Below are positions 30,186 through 39,526 of a stretch of 64,000 bases of DNA, in pieces; the first letter of the stretch is position 1, and the number at the start of each line of letters is the position of its first letter. Made by a program: the position numbers and the translations under genes. The stretch comes from Candidatus Bathyarchaeia archaeon. GTDB lineage: Archaea; Thermoproteota; Bathyarchaeia; Bathyarchaeales; Bathycorpusculaceae. The DNA lies in NCBI GenBank assembly GCA_049515895.1, contig JBEKTQ010000001.1:64001-128000 (forward strand), written 5' to 3'. Below the pieces are notes generated by a model that worked only from the letters and a program-made list of their open reading frames with translations, made no database searches and was not told where the DNA came from.

Positions 30186-30815
30186 TTAGCTGAATTCATA
30201 GAGGAACGCCAACGTGTAAGACCACGACGTGACCCCTATTATCCAGCTAAATATTGTCACTCCCGTTACAGCCGAAGTCAGTACCAGGAGGAAAATGATG
30301 GCAGCGGCGGCAAACCCGAAGGTTGGAATCCAATGAACATGGTCTTTCAGCCTTCTAATTCCAGCAGCTGAAGAGACGATAAATAATTCGAGACTAACCA
30401 AAAAAATCAAGGTGAACAGTGAGTTTAGCCCGCCGTCGGCGCCGCTTGGAAACAGAGCAGTTAACACGTAAAAGAAACTGAACAGCAGCATGAAGCTTAC
30501 AGTTAAGTAAAACAACACTAATCTTGGGTGGGCACCTCGTGAAGAAACCCACTGCTTTGGCAGAACCAACAGCATAATCGCTACAAAAATGGTCATACTG
30601 CAGACCACCAAAACCCCTGCGTTATAGAAGATGGCGCCTGAAGGGTTCAATTTTGGGTCTCCAAGCTGAGCAAGAGTGTTATTTAACGGAGAAAAACCCT
30701 TTGGATAAAAAGAAAAAGCTGTCAAGGCTAGAGCCGCGTAGATTAGCAACATGATTATGAGCCCGGTGAGTGAACGAACAGAACGCTCTTTTCTAGCTTC
30801 TATCATACCTGCCAC
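30186..30815 (-). CDS. Membrane protein (DUF998-like)
   Basis: YPKGFSPLNNTLAQLG..GAIFYN; ~6 TM. Confidence 0.65.
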   Translation of the reverse strand: MAGMIEARKERSVRSLTGLIIMLLIYAALALTAFSFYPKGFSPLNNTLAQLGDPKLNPSGAIFYNAGVLVVCSMTIFVAIMLLVLPKQWVSSRGAHPRLVLFYLTVSFMLLFSFFYVLTALFPSGADGGLNSLFTLIFLVSLELFIVSSAAGIRRLKDHVHWIPTFGFAAAAIIFLLVLTSAVTGVTIFSWIIGVTSWSYTLAFLYEFS

Positions 30816-30903
30816 TCAGCAATTCCTTATCAACGTTTATGCTTAATATCATTTTACACCTAAGCGGTAACACGAAAAAAATTATTTTGGCAAAAATCAT
30901 AAT

Positions 30904-31025
30904 TGGCGCCGGGGAAGGGACTCGAACCCCTGCGAGCGCGAAGCCCACCGGCTTTCTTGCCTTTCGGTCTTAGCCCTCTTTTATTTTTCTCGAGGCCGGC
31001 GCATTAACCACTCTGCCACCCCGGC
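30904..31025 (-). tRNA. tRNA-Ser(CGA) with 35-nt intron at 37/38 (30954-30988); CCA encoded
   Basis: GCCGGGGTGGCAGAGTGGTTAATGCGCCGGCCT-CGA-G[intron]AGCCGG, long variable arm, GGTTCGAGTCC, ends CCCCGGCGCCA. Confidence 0.9.
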
Positions 31026-31453
31026 GCGCATATAGGGATTGTGTCTGAGGTGTAAAAATGTTTCCAGCACGCAAACCATAAAATTCCCAACGCCCAACGC
31101 TTAACACTTGTCTATTTGGTTCCTCTAGATGCGCCTATTTGGCTCATCTAGTAGACCGGGAGGGTAGGCTGTACAAGCAAAGAGCACGACCCTCTAGAGT
31201 ACGACGTTACTTGTGACGAAATTCCAGCAAAAAAAACATTAACCATCAATTGCAGGCAATGCGGAGGAGCCTAGTATTTGTGGCAAAACCAACCACAAAA
31301 ATGAAATAACCAAACAAACATGAGTTTATCAAACGAAACGAAGCAATTTAGGCAAAGAGACCAAAAATCGACAAAGGCGATTACTTTGATGTTTTTAACG
31401 GTAATGTTTATAACCTCTCTTTCTATTTGCTAAAGGCGCGAAGCGGATAATCT

Positions 31454-32467
31454 ATGGGACATCGTAAAACTCACGCTCCTAAGCATGGTTCACTTGCTTA
31501 TTTACCTAGGAAACGCGCCAAGAACCCAGTTGCGCGAATCCGATATTGGCCAAAGATAAAGTCTGATTCTCCGAGGTTGCTTGGATTCTCAGCGTACAAG
31601 GCAGGTATGACATATGTTTTTGCCATCGAAGACCGCAAACGTTCACCGAACTTTGGCAAAGAAGTTATGCGGGCAGCAACCATACTGGAAACGCCGCCGA
31701 TTCTCGTCTGCGGCGTTCGAACCTATACTAAAACGCCGTACGGGCTGCAGAACATCAGTGAGGCATGGATGAAAGATCCGCCAGCAATCCTTGACCGACT
31801 CCTGGTTCTACCGGAAAGCTTTGACACTGAAGCAATGTTGGAAAAACTCCAGCAGAACCTTGAGGAAACAACGGTCATCAGATTGATTACAGCAACCCAG
31901 CCAGCACAGACAAGCCTCTCCAAGAAGAAGCCTGAGTCATGTGAAATCCAAATTGGCGGGGGCACAATTCCGCAGCAATTCGAATACGCCAAACAACTTA
32001 TAGGCAAAACAGTGACGCCTGAAGAAGTCTTCAAAGACGGGCAATACATCGATATTGCCGGAGTTACCGTCGGAAAAGGCTTCCAAGGACCAGTAAAACG
32101 TTGGGGGGTAACAATCCTGCAGCATAAAGGCCGCAAAACCAAACGCGGCATCGCCACCTTGGGACCGTGGAATCCCCACCACCTTATGTATTCGATTCCA
32201 AGAGCAGGACAAATGGGCTATCACCAACGCATAGAATTCAACAAACGCATACTAAAAATCGGCAAAGACGGCAAAGAAGTAACCGTCAAGGGCGGATACA
32301 TTCGCTACGGCGAAGTAAAAGGACCATACATCCTGCTCGAAGGCAGCATCCCCGGGACAGAAAAACGCCAAATTCGTCTACGAGTTCCAGCGCGTCCACC
32401 CCGAGAAATCTCCGAAGTACCACCACAAGTAACTTTCGTATCGCTCGAGTCACCACAAGGAAAGTAA
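31454..32467 (+). CDS. rpl3: 50S ribosomal protein L3
   Basis: HGSLAYLPRKRA, YKAGMT, GKGFQGPVKRWG, RAGQMGYHQR. Confidence 0.97.
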   Translation: MGHRKTHAPKHGSLAYLPRKRAKNPVARIRYWPKIKSDSPRLLGFSAYKAGMTYVFAIEDRKRSPNFGKEVMRAATILETPPILVCGVRTYTKTPYGLQNISEAWMKDPPAILDRLLVLPESFDTEAMLEKLQQNLEETTVIRLITATQPAQTSLSKKKPESCEIQIGGGTIPQQFEYAKQLIGKTVTPEEVFKDGQYIDIAGVTVGKGFQGPVKRWGVTILQHKGRKTKRGIATLGPWNPHHLMYSIPRAGQMGYHQRIEFNKRILKIGKDGKEVTVKGGYIRYGEVKGPYILLEGSIPGTEKRQIRLRVPARPPREISEVPPQVTFVSLESPQGK

Positions 32468-32479
32468 GGTTGAAAAGTT

Positions 32480-33274
32480 ATGCCAAGGCAAAAAACCGCA
32501 AAAATTTTTGATTTACAGGGCGAATCAACCGGTAGCATCACACTTCCAAACGTGTTCTCTACACCGCTTCGGCCTGATGTGATAAAACGTGCAGTTCTAG
32601 CCATACAGTCAAGCAGGTTGCAACCGCAAGGAAGAGATCCGATGGCTGGAAAAAGGACAAGTGCAGAATCCCGTGGAACAGGCAGCGCAACCGCAAGAGT
32701 TCCCCGCATAAAAGGCGGCAGTGGAAGAGCTGCGTTTGCTCCAAGTACAGTCAAAGGACGACAGCCGCATCCTCCGAGAGCTGAAAAGAAAATCCTCAAG
32801 AGCATCCCGAAGAAGGAGGCTAAGTTAGCATTGTTTTCAGCGATTGCCGCAACAGCGCAAAAAGACACTGTTGCCTCGCGTGGACACAGAATTGAAGCCG
32901 TTTCAGCTATACCGCTAATTGTTGACAACGCAATCGAGGGTTTAACGAAGGCTAAAGAAGTCGAGGAAGTCCTAACAAAGCTAGGCGTCCTAAGTGACAT
33001 TACCCGAGTTCGAGACAGCAGAAAAATCCGCGCAGGCAAAGGCAAGCACAGAGGCAGAAAAATGAAGCAAGCCGTGGGACCGCTAATTGTAGTGGTTGAT
33101 AACAAGGGATTAGTTAACGCAGCAAATAACGTTCCTGGTGTCCAGGTAACTACGGTTACTAATCTTAACACTGAAATGTTAGCGCCTGGAACCCATCCGG
33201 GTCGATTAACGCTTTGGACCAATGGCGCAATTGAAAGTTTAGATAAACTCTACAGTAAAGGAGAAACCGAATAA
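32480..33274 (+). CDS. rpl4: 50S ribosomal protein L4
   Basis: LRPDVIKRAV, TSAESRGTG, RAGKGKHRGR, LAPGTHPGRL. Confidence 0.97.
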   Translation: MPRQKTAKIFDLQGESTGSITLPNVFSTPLRPDVIKRAVLAIQSSRLQPQGRDPMAGKRTSAESRGTGSATARVPRIKGGSGRAAFAPSTVKGRQPHPPRAEKKILKSIPKKEAKLALFSAIAATAQKDTVASRGHRIEAVSAIPLIVDNAIEGLTKAKEVEEVLTKLGVLSDITRVRDSRKIRAGKGKHRGRKMKQAVGPLIVVVDNKGLVNAANNVPGVQVTTVTNLNTEMLAPGTHPGRLTLWTNGAIESLDKLYSKGETE

Positions 33275-33534
33275 TGGACATCAACGATGTTATAAGTTAC
33301 CCGTTAATGACGGAATCCGCAAGCGTAATGGTTGAGAGAGATAACAAACTAATCTTTGTCGTAAACCTTAAAGCTGGAAAAAGCGACATAAAAAAAGCCG
33401 TTGAAGAACTTTACGAAGTAAAAGTAAACAAAGTAAACTTACTTATCACCCCCCAAGGCGTGAAAAAAGCCTTCGTGAAGCTAAACCCTGAATTCAAGGC
33501 TTCAGACGTCGCAATCAAACTAGGAATATTGTAA
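33274..33534 (+). CDS. rpl23: 50S ribosomal protein L23
   Basis: PLMTESA, NKLIFVV, KKAFVKL. Confidence 0.96.
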   Translation: MDINDVISYPLMTESASVMVERDNKLIFVVNLKAGKSDIKKAVEELYEVKVNKVNLLITPQGVKKAFVKLNPEFKASDVAIKLGIL

Positions 33535-33554
33535 ACTAATAGGAAGCATGACTT

Positions 33555-34295
33555 ATGGGAAAACGAATTCGTGTTCAGAGACGTGGTCGCGGTGGTCGAA
33601 ACTTTAGAGCTTCTACTCACAAGCGAGTTGCTCCCGCAAAGTACCCTGCGATAACACCAAAAGAATCATTTGACGATTCATTATCTGCTACAATTCAAGC
33701 TCTTGTGCATGATCCTGGCCGTGGCGCACCACTCTCCCTCATTAAATTTGAGAATGGCTTATCCTTCTACACAATCACTCCTGAAGGCGTTTTCACGGGA
33801 CAACGAATCTTATACGGCGGAAAAGCTCCGGCCGAAATAGGCAACATTGTTTCTCTGGGAAAGATACCTGAAGGAACCATAGTTTGCGGTTTAGAACTCC
33901 GTCCAGGCGATGGAGGCAAAATGGCAAAGTCTTCAGGCGCTTACGCCACCGTTGTCGGTCACACTCCACAAGGCACAATGATACGACTACCCTCAGGAAG
34001 AACAAGATACGTTGACGATTACTGCTTAGCAACTGTAGGAGTAGTTTCTGCCTCTGGAAGAATAGAGAAACCGTTCCTAAAAGCAGGCGAAAAATTCCAT
34101 TGGATGAAAGCCAAAGGCCATAAGTACCCAAGAACTAGCGGACGCAAAATGGTTCCAGCTGTTCACCCCTATGGAAGCAGCAAACGAAGCGCTCGAAGAT
34201 GCACAACAACTTCACATGGCGCTCCCCCTGGACAAAAAGTCGGCTTGATAGCTGCAAGAGGGCCAGGACAAAAGAAGAAGCGCGCAATCCGCTAA
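33555..34295 (+). CDS. rpl2: 50S ribosomal protein L2
   Basis: GKRIRVQRRGRG, HDPGRGAP, PGDGGKMA, PPGQKVGLIAAR. Confidence 0.97.
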   Translation: MGKRIRVQRRGRGGRNFRASTHKRVAPAKYPAITPKESFDDSLSATIQALVHDPGRGAPLSLIKFENGLSFYTITPEGVFTGQRILYGGKAPAEIGNIVSLGKIPEGTIVCGLELRPGDGGKMAKSSGAYATVVGHTPQGTMIRLPSGRTRYVDDYCLATVGVVSASGRIEKPFLKAGEKFHWMKAKGHKYPRTSGRKMVPAVHPYGSSKRSARRCTTTSHGAPPGQKVGLIAARGPGQKKKRAIR

Positions 34296-34348
34296 AAACG
34301 GGGAGAAGGTTTATAGCGTTTAGAAAACGTTTAAGGTGAAGATGAAAA

Positions 34349-34753
34349 ATGCCGAAGGAATTTAGTTACCGCGGACATAACTTGGCGAGTTTGACAGGGA
34401 TGTCTATGGATGAATTCATCAACCTACTTCCCTCAAGACAAAGAAGAAGCCTTCAGCGCGGTTTAACCCCCGAACAACGTGTATTGCTGGAAAAGTTGCG
34501 CGAAGCTAAAGAAGCGCAAAAACAAGGCAAAGAAGTCAACCTTAAAACTCATGTTCGAGACCTTATTATTCTTCCGGAAATGGTTGGGGTTAAAATCCAG
34601 ATCCACAACGGCAAAGAATTCGTTGCGGTCGAAATGAAGCCTGAAATGATTGGGCACTACTTAGGCGAATTCGCAATAACAAACAAGCCTGTAAGGCATG
34701 GAACCCCAGGCATTGGCGCATCCCGGTCATCAATGTACGTTCCGCTCAAATAA
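34349..34753 (+). CDS. rps19: 30S ribosomal protein S19
   Basis: [38 protein letters not shown]. Confidence 0.97.
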   Translation: MPKEFSYRGHNLASLTGMSMDEFINLLPSRQRRSLQRGLTPEQRVLLEKLREAKEAQKQGKEVNLKTHVRDLIILPEMVGVKIQIHNGKEFVAVEMKPEMIGHYLGEFAITNKPVRHGTPGIGASRSSMYVPLK

Positions 34754-34935
34754 GCCGCTCCTCTTCCCAATTTCTAATTCGCTCTTCTGATTCCACACAA
34801 GAAACTTGGCAAAATCACAGTATCTGCTGAGTGGACATTTCAATGATTTCGAAATATTTTTTGTCTCTTCCTTTCTAAAAGATTAGTAAGGGTTAAAAGG
34901 TAATTCTGACTAGTCTTATCTGAGGATTTTTAGGT

Positions 34936-36435
34936 TTGTTTCGTCAGCAGACAGGGCCGTCACATATTTTCAACAAAAGTCTTGGCAAAAACCAACAAGA
35001 TGTAGTGCTTGTTTTTCCGGGAAAATTTAAAGCGCCTGACCCTCAGGTTCCGCTTGCTCTTTTGCACATTGCCGCCTCACTGCAGCAGGAAGACTTCAAT
35101 GTGCGAATTCTTGACATGCGCCTTGAAGATTATCGTCATTTCAAAATCGGAAGGCCAGTTTTTGTCGGCATAAGCTGCATGACTGGCTTACAAATTAAGT
35201 ATGCCCTAGAATTTGCACGGTACGTAAGGACGCAAAACCCTGCTTGCCCAATTGTTTGGGGCGGAGTGCACCCGACCTTGTTGCCCGAGCAAACAGCAAG
35301 CAACAGCTACGTGGATATTGTTGTCCGCGGTGAAGGGGAACTGATAATCAGAGACTTAGCAAACGCGCTTGCGTTGAACCAGCCTCTCGATGAGGTTTTA
35401 GGTGTAACTTATCGTTCTAACGGGTTAATCAAAAGCAATCCTGACGGCAAAGTGATTGATTTAGATGCAATACCAGTCGATTTGCCCTATGACCTTTTGG
35501 AAATTGAGAAGTACCCGTCTATAAAATCAGGCAGGTTCCACGTACAAACGAGCAGGGGCTGCCCACATAGATGCGGCTTCTGCTACAACAGCTTATTTAA
35601 CAAAAACAGGTGGAGAGCGAAAAGCGCCGGGCGAGTTCTCGACGAAATAGAATACATACTGAACAAGTTTCCTCACGTCAAAATTATTGACCCTATAGAC
35701 GACAACTTTTTTGTGGATCAAGAGCGGGTTAAAGAAATTTGCCATGGCATTTTAGATCGAAAGCTTGATGTTCAATGGCGAGCTAACTGCCGATTTGACT
35801 ACCTGTCCACTTACGACAAGGATTTCCTTGGGCTTTTAGAGCAGGCAGGCTGCGTTGAGCTTGATTTTGGAGGTGAGTCTGGTTCGGAACATCTGCAAGA
35901 GCTGATCTGCAAAGATGTAACCGCAAACCAAATGCTGCAGTCAGTAGAAAACCTAAAGCTTTGGGCGCCGACTATTGAGCCTTACGTTTCGTGGATGAGC
36001 GGCTTACCCGGCGAAACGAACGAGGACTTGAACCACACCTTTGATCTAATGGACAAAATGTCTGAAGTGAACCCGAAAACTCAACATTACGGCATATTTG
36101 TCTTCACTCCTTTCCCAAGCCCGCTCACCCATACCTTACCTGCACAGTTTTCACCCCCACAATCGCTTGAAAACTGGGGCAGCGTTCAAGTTTTCCATTT
36201 TGACCCACCGTGGCACAGCAATGCACAAGTCGCAAAACTGCACACGATTTCAGCTGTAACACGCCTCGCTTTTCTCCCACAAGCAAGAATAAAAGAACGC
36301 GCCTCGGCATACAAGCTCGCTTATGCTATAATGAACAAAATTGAGAAGTACCGATGGAAACACAGGTACTTTGCATTTCCCGTGGAACTAAGAATTGTTG
36401 ACATCGTTGCAAAGAAATTTAAAGGGTTCCTGTAG
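34936..36435 (+). CDS. Cobalamin-binding (class B) radical SAM protein
   Basis: PLALLHIAASL, VWGGVHPT, VVRGEGE B12 domain; TSRGCPHRCGFC; DDNF; GGESG; GLPGET. Confidence 0.9.
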   Translation: MFRQQTGPSHIFNKSLGKNQQDVVLVFPGKFKAPDPQVPLALLHIAASLQQEDFNVRILDMRLEDYRHFKIGRPVFVGISCMTGLQIKYALEFARYVRTQNPACPIVWGGVHPTLLPEQTASNSYVDIVVRGEGELIIRDLANALALNQPLDEVLGVTYRSNGLIKSNPDGKVIDLDAIPVDLPYDLLEIEKYPSIKSGRFHVQTSRGCPHRCGFCYNSLFNKNRWRAKSAGRVLDEIEYILNKFPHVKIIDPIDDNFFVDQERVKEICHGILDRKLDVQWRANCRFDYLSTYDKDFLGLLEQAGCVELDFGGESGSEHLQELICKDVTANQMLQSVENLKLWAPTIEPYVSWMSGLPGETNEDLNHTFDLMDKMSEVNPKTQHYGIFVFTPFPSPLTHTLPAQFSPPQSLENWGSVQVFHFDPPWHSNAQVAKLHTISAVTRLAFLPQARIKERASAYKLAYAIMNKIEKYRWKHRYFAFPVELRIVDIVAKKFKGFL

Positions 36436-36442
36436 GGCAGAA

Positions 36443-36871
36443 TTAAGCGCTGTAGTCTCTTCCTTCTGGCTTGGAGCTTGGCGGTTTTCCGGACTCAGCA
36501 ATCTGAGGCAGAGGAATCGGCGGCGGAATATTCAATATTCTCGATATCAGCACTGACTCGATGAAGACAACATTTGATATTGATTGGATTATTATCTGTG
36601 CTGGAGGCTTCTTCTGCTCGTAATCCTTTAGCACTTTGTCAACTTCAGCGTTCTCGCCCGCAACGTATGCATTTCCTTTTAGGCTCATCTGAGCTATGGA
36701 CGGATTGAACGCGATTGAAAGAACAAACGGAACTTCCAAAGATTCATCTTGCTTCTTTTCCATGCCAACAACATTTATGTTGGTGTTGATCTGAATGGGC
36801 GGAATAGGCTTCCTCATATCCCAAAAACGTTCAGCAGAAATGCTGGTTATCACAACGTTCACTCTAAGCAT
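36443..36871 (-). CDS. Conserved archaeal hypothetical protein
   Basis: Last gene of the rpoE-rps27ae run; four beta strands then helices, C-terminal PPPIPLP. Confidence 0.75.
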   Translation of the reverse strand: MLRVNVVITSISAERFWDMRKPIPPIQINTNINVVGMEKKQDESLEVPFVLSIAFNPSIAQMSLKGNAYVAGENAEVDKVLKDYEQKKPPAQIIIQSISNVVFIESVLISRILNIPPPIPLPQIAESGKPPSSKPEGRDYSA

Positions 36872-36917
36872 TACGGGTCATCAGAACCTAATCCGTTCAA
36901 GCAGGATTTAAAACTGT

Positions 36918-37205
36918 TTATTTCTGCTTATAACGGGTAAATCCACAGTGACCACAAGTGTACCTGTCATGGTGGTCCGCCATGAAATATCCAGGTCCAC
37001 ACCGCTCGCAGGTTGGGCGTGCCCTGGAGACTTTATCGCCTTCGACCTTGTACATCGCTCGAACTCCTTTTTCCACTTTGTGCTTCTTTTCTCTTTTTCC
37101 CTTCTCAGCCTTTTTTGCTGGCGCTGGGGCTGCTGCTTCTGTCGCTGCTGTTGGTGCCGGCGCGGGAGGTTCCTCTTTCTTGGTCACTGGCGGTTTCTTG
37201 GACAT
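36918..37205 (-). CDS. rps27ae: 30S ribosomal protein S27ae
   Basis: CERCGPGYFMADHHDRYTCGHCGFT; Pro/Ala-rich N-terminal extension. Confidence 0.93.
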   Translation of the reverse strand: MSKKPPVTKKEEPPAPAPTAATEAAAPAPAKKAEKGKREKKHKVEKGVRAMYKVEGDKVSRARPTCERCGPGYFMADHHDRYTCGHCGFTRYKQK

Positions 37206-37516
37206 TATGCTGTCGCCTCTTCTTTGGGTTTCTCGGGTGGACTGTTACGTTTCCTGATGTATTCAGGCTCAACCAGGTTAGCTTGCTTAACTGATTGGTA
37301 GACGTTAGCGTCTCCTTGAGTAATGTTTGTTCCAGTTTTTGTGTGCATTCTCTTGATAAAAACTACATCGTCCCCGATTTTCAGCTCAATGGCCAAGGCT
37401 TTCTTGACATCCAACCTCTGCGGTGTTTTCTCTTTTGGACCTTGAATAATGGTGAAGCCTACTTCTTTTCGCTTTAGAAGCGGGTTTTCCTTTGTTGATT
37501 CTACTTTTATCTGCAT
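37205..37516 (-). CDS. rps24e: 30S ribosomal protein S24e
   Basis: ENPLLKRKEV, TPQR, EPEYIRKRN. Confidence 0.93.
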   Translation of the reverse strand: MQIKVESTKENPLLKRKEVGFTIIQGPKEKTPQRLDVKKALAIELKIGDDVVFIKRMHTKTGTNITQGDANVYQSVKQANLVEPEYIRKRNSPPEKPKEEATA

Positions 37517-37540
37517 GAATATTCACTTAAGGCGGTTAGT

Positions 37541-38110
37541 TCAAACAGTTTTCTTCCTATTTAGCTTTTCGAAGGGTTCCATAGCTTTTAGGAATTCTTC
37601 GACCTGAGCCTTTTTCTGGGGTGTAACCTTGACGACGACAATGCCTTCGTTCGGTTGCCCGTAGACCACAACAGAGTTTTCCGGCGCATACAAGACGGCG
37701 ATTAGTGCAAGTAGGTCTTCTTCACCGTCAACGACGATGTGAGTATGCTCGTTCTTCTCAATAGCTTCCTTGATTGCTACAACTGCTTCCTTAGTTATCG
37801 TTCCCTGAGGATTAGCGACATAGACAGTTTTACTAACCTTCCGCGTCTCGGGGATTGTTTGACTCCTGAGCGATTTGTTATCGAGAATTGTTAGTTGCGG
37901 GTGAATGTTGTGCTTATGAAGGTTGAGGGAAACTATGTCTCCAACCGAAATCAGTTTCGGCGGTTTCTTTTCATCGATAAACTCTTTCATTTTGTCCATG
38001 GTTTCGTTGAATGTGCCTTGAATCAAGGTGCCGAATGGTTCTTTAAGTTTAATTCTAAGCTCGGGTGTTATCACGTACTCTACAGTCATCATTTCATCCT
38101 CGTGACGCAA
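37541..38110 (-). CDS. GTP-dependent dephospho-CoA kinase (DUF359)
   Basis: LKEPFG, SVGDIVS, NPQGTIT, VDGEEDLLAL, YGQPNEG. Confidence 0.9.
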   Translation of the reverse strand: MRHEDEMMTVEYVITPELRIKLKEPFGTLIQGTFNETMDKMKEFIDEKKPPKLISVGDIVSLNLHKHNIHPQLTILDNKSLRSQTIPETRKVSKTVYVANPQGTITKEAVVAIKEAIEKNEHTHIVVDGEEDLLALIAVLYAPENSVVVYGQPNEGIVVVKVTPQKKAQVEEFLKAMEPFEKLNRKKTV

Positions 38111-38156
38111 AGAATTCAGTTTTTTTGGGATGTTGCTTTGCTACCGTAAAATTTGC

Positions 38157-38348
38157 TTAGCGTACTTTTAGCGCGTATCTTCCTTTCTCTTTGATGTTCA
38201 TGGCTTTCGCAATAGCTGAGTTTTCGGGATCAAACATGACGACTAAGCCGCTATAGTCCTCGCTGAAACTTGTCGACCGACATTTTGGACAAACATTTTC
38301 TTTCGTTATAAAATGACAGTTAGTGCATGCTTTCTCACTCAATTCCAT
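38157..38348 (-). CDS. spt4: Transcription elongation factor Spt4 (RpoE'')
   Basis: ACTNC..CPKC, SAIAKAMNI..GRYALKVR. Confidence 0.94.
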   Translation of the reverse strand: MELSEKACTNCHFITKENVCPKCRSTSFSEDYSGLVVMFDPENSAIAKAMNIKEKGRYALKVR

Positions 38349-38358
38349 TCGCTCCCAT

Positions 38359-38946
38359 TTACTCTGCTTTTTCTCTGCCTTCCGCCTGTTTCTTTTCCGA
38401 CGGAGCCGCGAGCGGTTCCTTTAACCAATCAAGTTTACCTAGAAATGGCTGTCTGGCTGTCACACCGATCTTTCCTGAACTTCCCGCACGGCCAAGAGAA
38501 ACCGCAGTTATTCTTACCCGCACTTGATCGCCTGCTGATAGTTTTCTTTTGCTTTCTTTCCCAAGCAGAACTCCTTGTTTTTCGTCATAGGAAATGTAGT
38601 CATCCATAAGTTGTGAAACGTGCAGTAACGCATCTACTGGTCCTATCCGCAGGAAAGCTCCGAAATCTGCGATTTCAACTACGTCGCCTTCTACAACTTC
38701 TTGAATGACGGGGTAGAATGTTAAGAGGGAGAAGGATACTTTATGGTAGGTTGCTCCGTCGCCTGGGATTATTTTTCCTATAGGGCTCACTTGAATGCTA
38801 GTGACTGCAATTACATATCCCAATTCCTCGTCAACGACGCCTTCGTACTTCTGCTTTACCTGTTCACGGCCCACTTTTTCCAGGGGGTTGCCGAAGGTTT
38901 CTGGAGGAATGCGGATAGTATCCTGAAGAGTTATGAGTTTAAACAT
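38359..38946 (-). CDS. rpoE: RNA polymerase subunit Rpo7 (E')
   Basis: IRIPPETFG, IIPGDGATY, FGAFLRIGPVDALLHVSQ, RQPFLGK. Confidence 0.96.
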   Translation of the reverse strand: MFKLITLQDTIRIPPETFGNPLEKVGREQVKQKYEGVVDEELGYVIAVTSIQVSPIGKIIPGDGATYHKVSFSLLTFYPVIQEVVEGDVVEIADFGAFLRIGPVDALLHVSQLMDDYISYDEKQGVLLGKESKRKLSAGDQVRVRITAVSLGRAGSSGKIGVTARQPFLGKLDWLKEPLAAPSEKKQAEGREKAE

Positions 38947-38948
38947 AG

Positions 38949-39371
38949 TTATGTCAATCCGTCAATACCTAGGCGCGATTTTTGTCTCACATAAATCACT
39001 GGCACACTTATATCTTTTAGCCTCTTCCTTAGTTTTCTATCGTTGGTAAACACGGGTGAATTCCAAGCCTTAGAAACTTTAACTATGACGTCGTCAGTCG
39101 ATAATTTTTCTGAATTTTCGACAACAACATACTTACATTTCTCGGCAAGCCTCAACGCGTACATTGCTTCTCTACGCGTTTTAGGAGAATTCTTAGCCGC
39201 GAGCAATTCAAGCTCATTTTTAACGGGGGAAAGAAGGATAAAGTCAAGATTTCTGTTCAGAAGACGCTTAGTTTCTTCAAAAATGTCCATTTTCAATTCT
39301 AGCGGAACAAAAAGCGCGTTTGAATCCAAAATAATTTTTAGCGGTTCTTTTGAGTTAAGCGAATTCGACAT
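38949..39371 (-). CDS. PIN-domain nuclease (Fcf1/Utp24-like); start probably ATG 39371
   Basis: IILDSNAL, VKNEL, TDDVI, VFTNDRKLRKRL; conserved position before rpoE. Confidence 0.85.
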   Translation of the reverse strand: MSNSLNSKEPLKIILDSNALFVPLELKMDIFEETKRLLNRNLDFILLSPVKNELELLAAKNSPKTRREAMYALRLAEKCKYVVVENSEKLSTDDVIVKVSKAWNSPVFTNDRKLRKRLKDISVPVIYVRQKSRLGIDGLT

Positions 39372-39526
39372 TTGGCGCGGCTCCTGGTTTCTGAAAAGAT
39401 TGTTTGTTGTGCGCTTAAATATTTTGTTCGCCTCTTTCTTTCCGACTGATGCGTTTAGCAAAGCCTAAATTAACCATTAATTTAAATACATTGAACAAAT
39501 GAATTGAGCAACAGCTAGGTGAATGT

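Noticed and set aside
31026-31453. SRP RNA, RNase P RNA or 5S rRNA in the long intergenic gap
   Set aside because: Hallmark conserved motifs were not found and the region is too A-rich.
32305-33222. 305 aa minus-strand ORF
   Set aside because: Antisense shadow of rpl3/rpl4 with no recognisable motifs.
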